From the NCBI GenBank assembly GCA_963815515.1, contig CAWFGP010000001.1:999848-1063847 (forward strand): a stretch of 64,000 bases of DNA, in the 5' to 3' direction. The notes beneath the pieces are model-generated. The model saw nothing but the letters and a program-made list of their open reading frames with translations. It did no database searches and was not told where the DNA came from. Shown in pieces: positions 62,258-64,000 of the stretch (positions are counted from its first letter, which is position 1; the number at the start of each line of letters is the position of its first letter). The DNA comes from an uncultured Gemmatimonadales bacterium. Its GTDB lineage: Bacteria > Gemmatimonadota > Gemmatimonadetes > Gemmatimonadales > GWC2-71-9. The translations under genes and the position numbers were made by a program.

Positions 62258-63214
62258 TCAGCCTCCGGTGGTCGGCGCGCTGTCGCCGCCGCCCGCGATC
62301 GCGGTACGCATGGTGGTGTCCGCCTGCACGTTCCGGTACCGCTGGTAGTCCATCACGCCGAGATTGCCGCTCCGGAACGCCTCGGCGATGGCCAGCGGGA
62401 TCTGCGCCTCCGCCGCGATCACCTTGGCGCGCTGGTTCTGCGCCTCCGCCTTGAACTCCTGCTCGATCGCCACCGCCAGCGCGCGCCGCTCCTCCGCCTT
62501 GGCCTGGGCGATCCGCTTGTCCGCTTCGGCCTGGTCGGTCTGCAGCTCGGCGCCGATGTTCTTGCCCACGTCCACGTCGGCGATGTCGATCGACAGGATC
62601 TCGAACGCCGTCCCGGCGTCGAGCCCCTTGGCCAGCACCGTCTTGGAGATCAGGTCGGGATTCTCCAGCACCTTCTTGTGCGTCTCGGCCGAGCCGATGG
62701 TGCTGACGATGCCCTCGCCCACCCGGGCGAGAATCGTCTCCTCGCCCGCGCCGCCGACCAGCCGGTTGATGTTGGCCCGAACGGTCACCCGGGCGAGCGC
62801 CAGCAGCTGGATCCCGTCCTTGGCCATGGCCGCCACCTTGGGCGTGGTGATGACCTTGGGGTTGACGCTGACCTGCACCGCCTCGAAGACGTCCCGCCCG
62901 GCGAGATCGATCGCCGTCGCCTGCTTGTAGGTCAACGCGATGCCCGCCTTGTCCGCCGAGATCAGCGCGTTCACCACCCGCTGCACGTTCCCGCCGGCGA
63001 GGTAGTGAGCCTCGAGATCGTTCACGCCGAGACCGATGCCCGCCTTGTGGGCGTTGATGAGGGGAAACACGATCGCCTTCGGATCCACCCGGCGGAACCG
63101 CATTCCGAAGAGCGTGAAGAACGACACCCGCACGCCCGAGAAGAGCGCGGTGAGCCAGAGCCCGAACGGGATGAACTGGAAGAACACCACCAGGATGATG
63201 ATCCCGATGAACAC
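62258..63214 (-). CDS. floA: Flotillin-like protein FloA (YqfA/UPF0365)
   Basis: By recall it is near-collinear with B. subtilis FloA: [18 protein letters not shown]...[34 protein letters not shown]...[40 protein letters not shown]. The GTG start at 63214 is uncertain. Confidence 0.9.
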   Translation of the reverse strand: MFIGIIILVVFFQFIPFGLWLTALFSGVRVSFFTLFGMRFRRVDPKAIVFPLINAHKAGIGLGVNDLEAHYLAGGNVQRVVNALISADKAGIALTYKQATAIDLAGRDVFEAVQVSVNPKVITTPKVAAMAKDGIQLLALARVTVRANINRLVGGAGEETILARVGEGIVSTIGSAETHKKVLENPDLISKTVLAKGLDAGTAFEILSIDIADVDVGKNIGAELQTDQAEADKRIAQAKAEERRALAVAIEQEFKAEAQNQRAKVIAAEAQIPLAIAEAFRSGNLGVMDYQRYRNVQADTTMRTAIAGGGDSAPTTGG

Positions 63215-63288
63215 CAGGCCAGCACCACGCCCAGACTCAGCATCGAATCATCCACGGCCTTGACCTCGAAGTAGAAGAAGAGCGCTGC

Positions 63289-64000
63289 TCATTGAACCCC
63301 ACGGACGACGTGCCGGTAACCCTCGCTCCGCACCACCCGCACCGTGCGCCCCTGGGCCACGTATTCCCCTTCGGTGACGACGTCGACCCGCTCGGGTCCG
63401 ATCTGCGCGGTACCGGAGGGCCGGAGGTCCGTCACCGCGACGCCGTCCTGCCCTACCAGATCCACCCGCGGCAGGGCCGCGACGTATCCGTCGGCCTGAT
63501 GCGCGCCGCCCCGCAGGAAGAGCCCGGCGAATCGTCCGCTGTTGGGCAGGTGGCGGAGCCATGCGTAGGCGACGGCCACCGTGATCGCCAGGCTGGCGCC
63601 GAGCACCACGAACGCCTGCATCACGTCGGCGGTCGTCGGCGACGCGCCGATCATCGCCAGGGTGACGGCCGCGCCGAGCGCCACCAGGCCCAGGATGCCC
63701 GCGGCGCCGAATCCCGGCAGGATGAACACCTCGATGGAGATCGCCACCAGGCCGACGCCAAGGAGGATGATCTCCTCCCATCCCGCCAGGCCGACCAGGA
63801 AGCTCGACCCGAAGAACAGCCCGAGCGAGGCGAGGCTGATGAGCCCGCCCAGGCCGAACGCGCCGGTCTTGATCTCGAACACGAGACCGAGGATACCGAG
63901 CGAGAGCAGCAGCGGGGAGACGAGCGGGTTGGTGAGGAACCGGACGACCAGCTCGGCCCAGTTCGGCTCGAGCGTCACCACCCGCGCATCGGGCAGGCCG
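63289..64000 (-). CDS. nfeD: NfeD-family membrane protein (5' end beyond right window edge)
   Basis: A multi-TM region is followed by a C-terminal OB-fold tail, VAVTDLRPSGTAQIGPERVDVVTEGEYVAQGRTVRVV. The frame stays open upstream of the track start (..GLPDARVVTLEPNW), so the gene continues past 64000. Confidence 0.8.
   Translation of the reverse strand, partial: GLPDARVVTLEPNWAELVVRFLTNPLVSPLLLSLGILGLVFEIKTGAFGLGGLISLASLGLFFGSSFLVGLAGWEEIILLGVGLVAISIEVFILPGFGAAGILGLVALGAAVTLAMIGASPTTADVMQAFVVLGASLAITVAVAYAWLRHLPNSGRFAGLFLRGGAHQADGYVAALPRVDLVGQDGVAVTDLRPSGTAQIGPERVDVVTEGEYVAQGRTVRVVRSEGYRHVVRGVQ

Overview
GC-rich bacterial chromosomal segment. Third codon positions are almost all G/C, so the ORF track contains many long spurious antisense or read-through ORFs. 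I kept about 50 genes that show recognisable family motifs or clear operon context. I saw no rRNA, CRISPR array, transposase or integrase, and one tRNA-Leu(CAA). Layout: (1) 1-8.2 kb holds an outer-membrane plug-domain protein missing from the track, pepA, a wecB-like epimerase, two metallophosphoesterases, a GT-C membrane glycosyltransferase and an FMN reductase. (2) 8.7-20.2 kb is a nine-gene plus-strand operon headed by a polysaccharide-deacetylase/GT2 fusion and ending in two GT-C enzymes; I interpret it as an Arn-like route that builds a lipid-linked sugar for periplasmic glycosylation. (3) 20.9-23.1 kb encodes a lipoprotein with five Big_2-like domains (two from a near-perfect 258-bp tandem duplication) plus a beta-helix domain. 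(4) 23.3-46.5 kb is a 17-gene, tightly overlapped minus-strand Wza/Wzc/Wzx/Wzy exopolysaccharide operon. It includes an AlgD-like dehydrogenase, a cytoplasmic heparinase II/III-like protein, GT4/GT2 transferases, a deacetylase and two methyltransferases. Its most interesting part is a PHP phosphoesterase plus an 820-aa adenylating-enzyme/HisC-like PLP-enzyme fusion, which I interpret as an undescribed uronic-acid amidation cassette. The last gene of this operon, a bi-domain oxidoreductase, is frameshifted at a G7 tract. (5) 46.5-47.65 kb is a low-GC 1.1-kb leader with an ops-like element, followed by a divergent LuxR-type regulator. (6) 48.8-64 kb is housekeeping: ABC-F, ArsC-family, MOSC, AhpD-like, SDR, metY, CoA-binding, PAP2, haloperoxidase-type hydrolase, RCC1-repeat lipoprotein, ppa and an nfeD-floA operon. 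All functional calls rest on motif and architecture recognition by eye, since no database or structure search could be run. Start codons are often uncertain by tens of codons.
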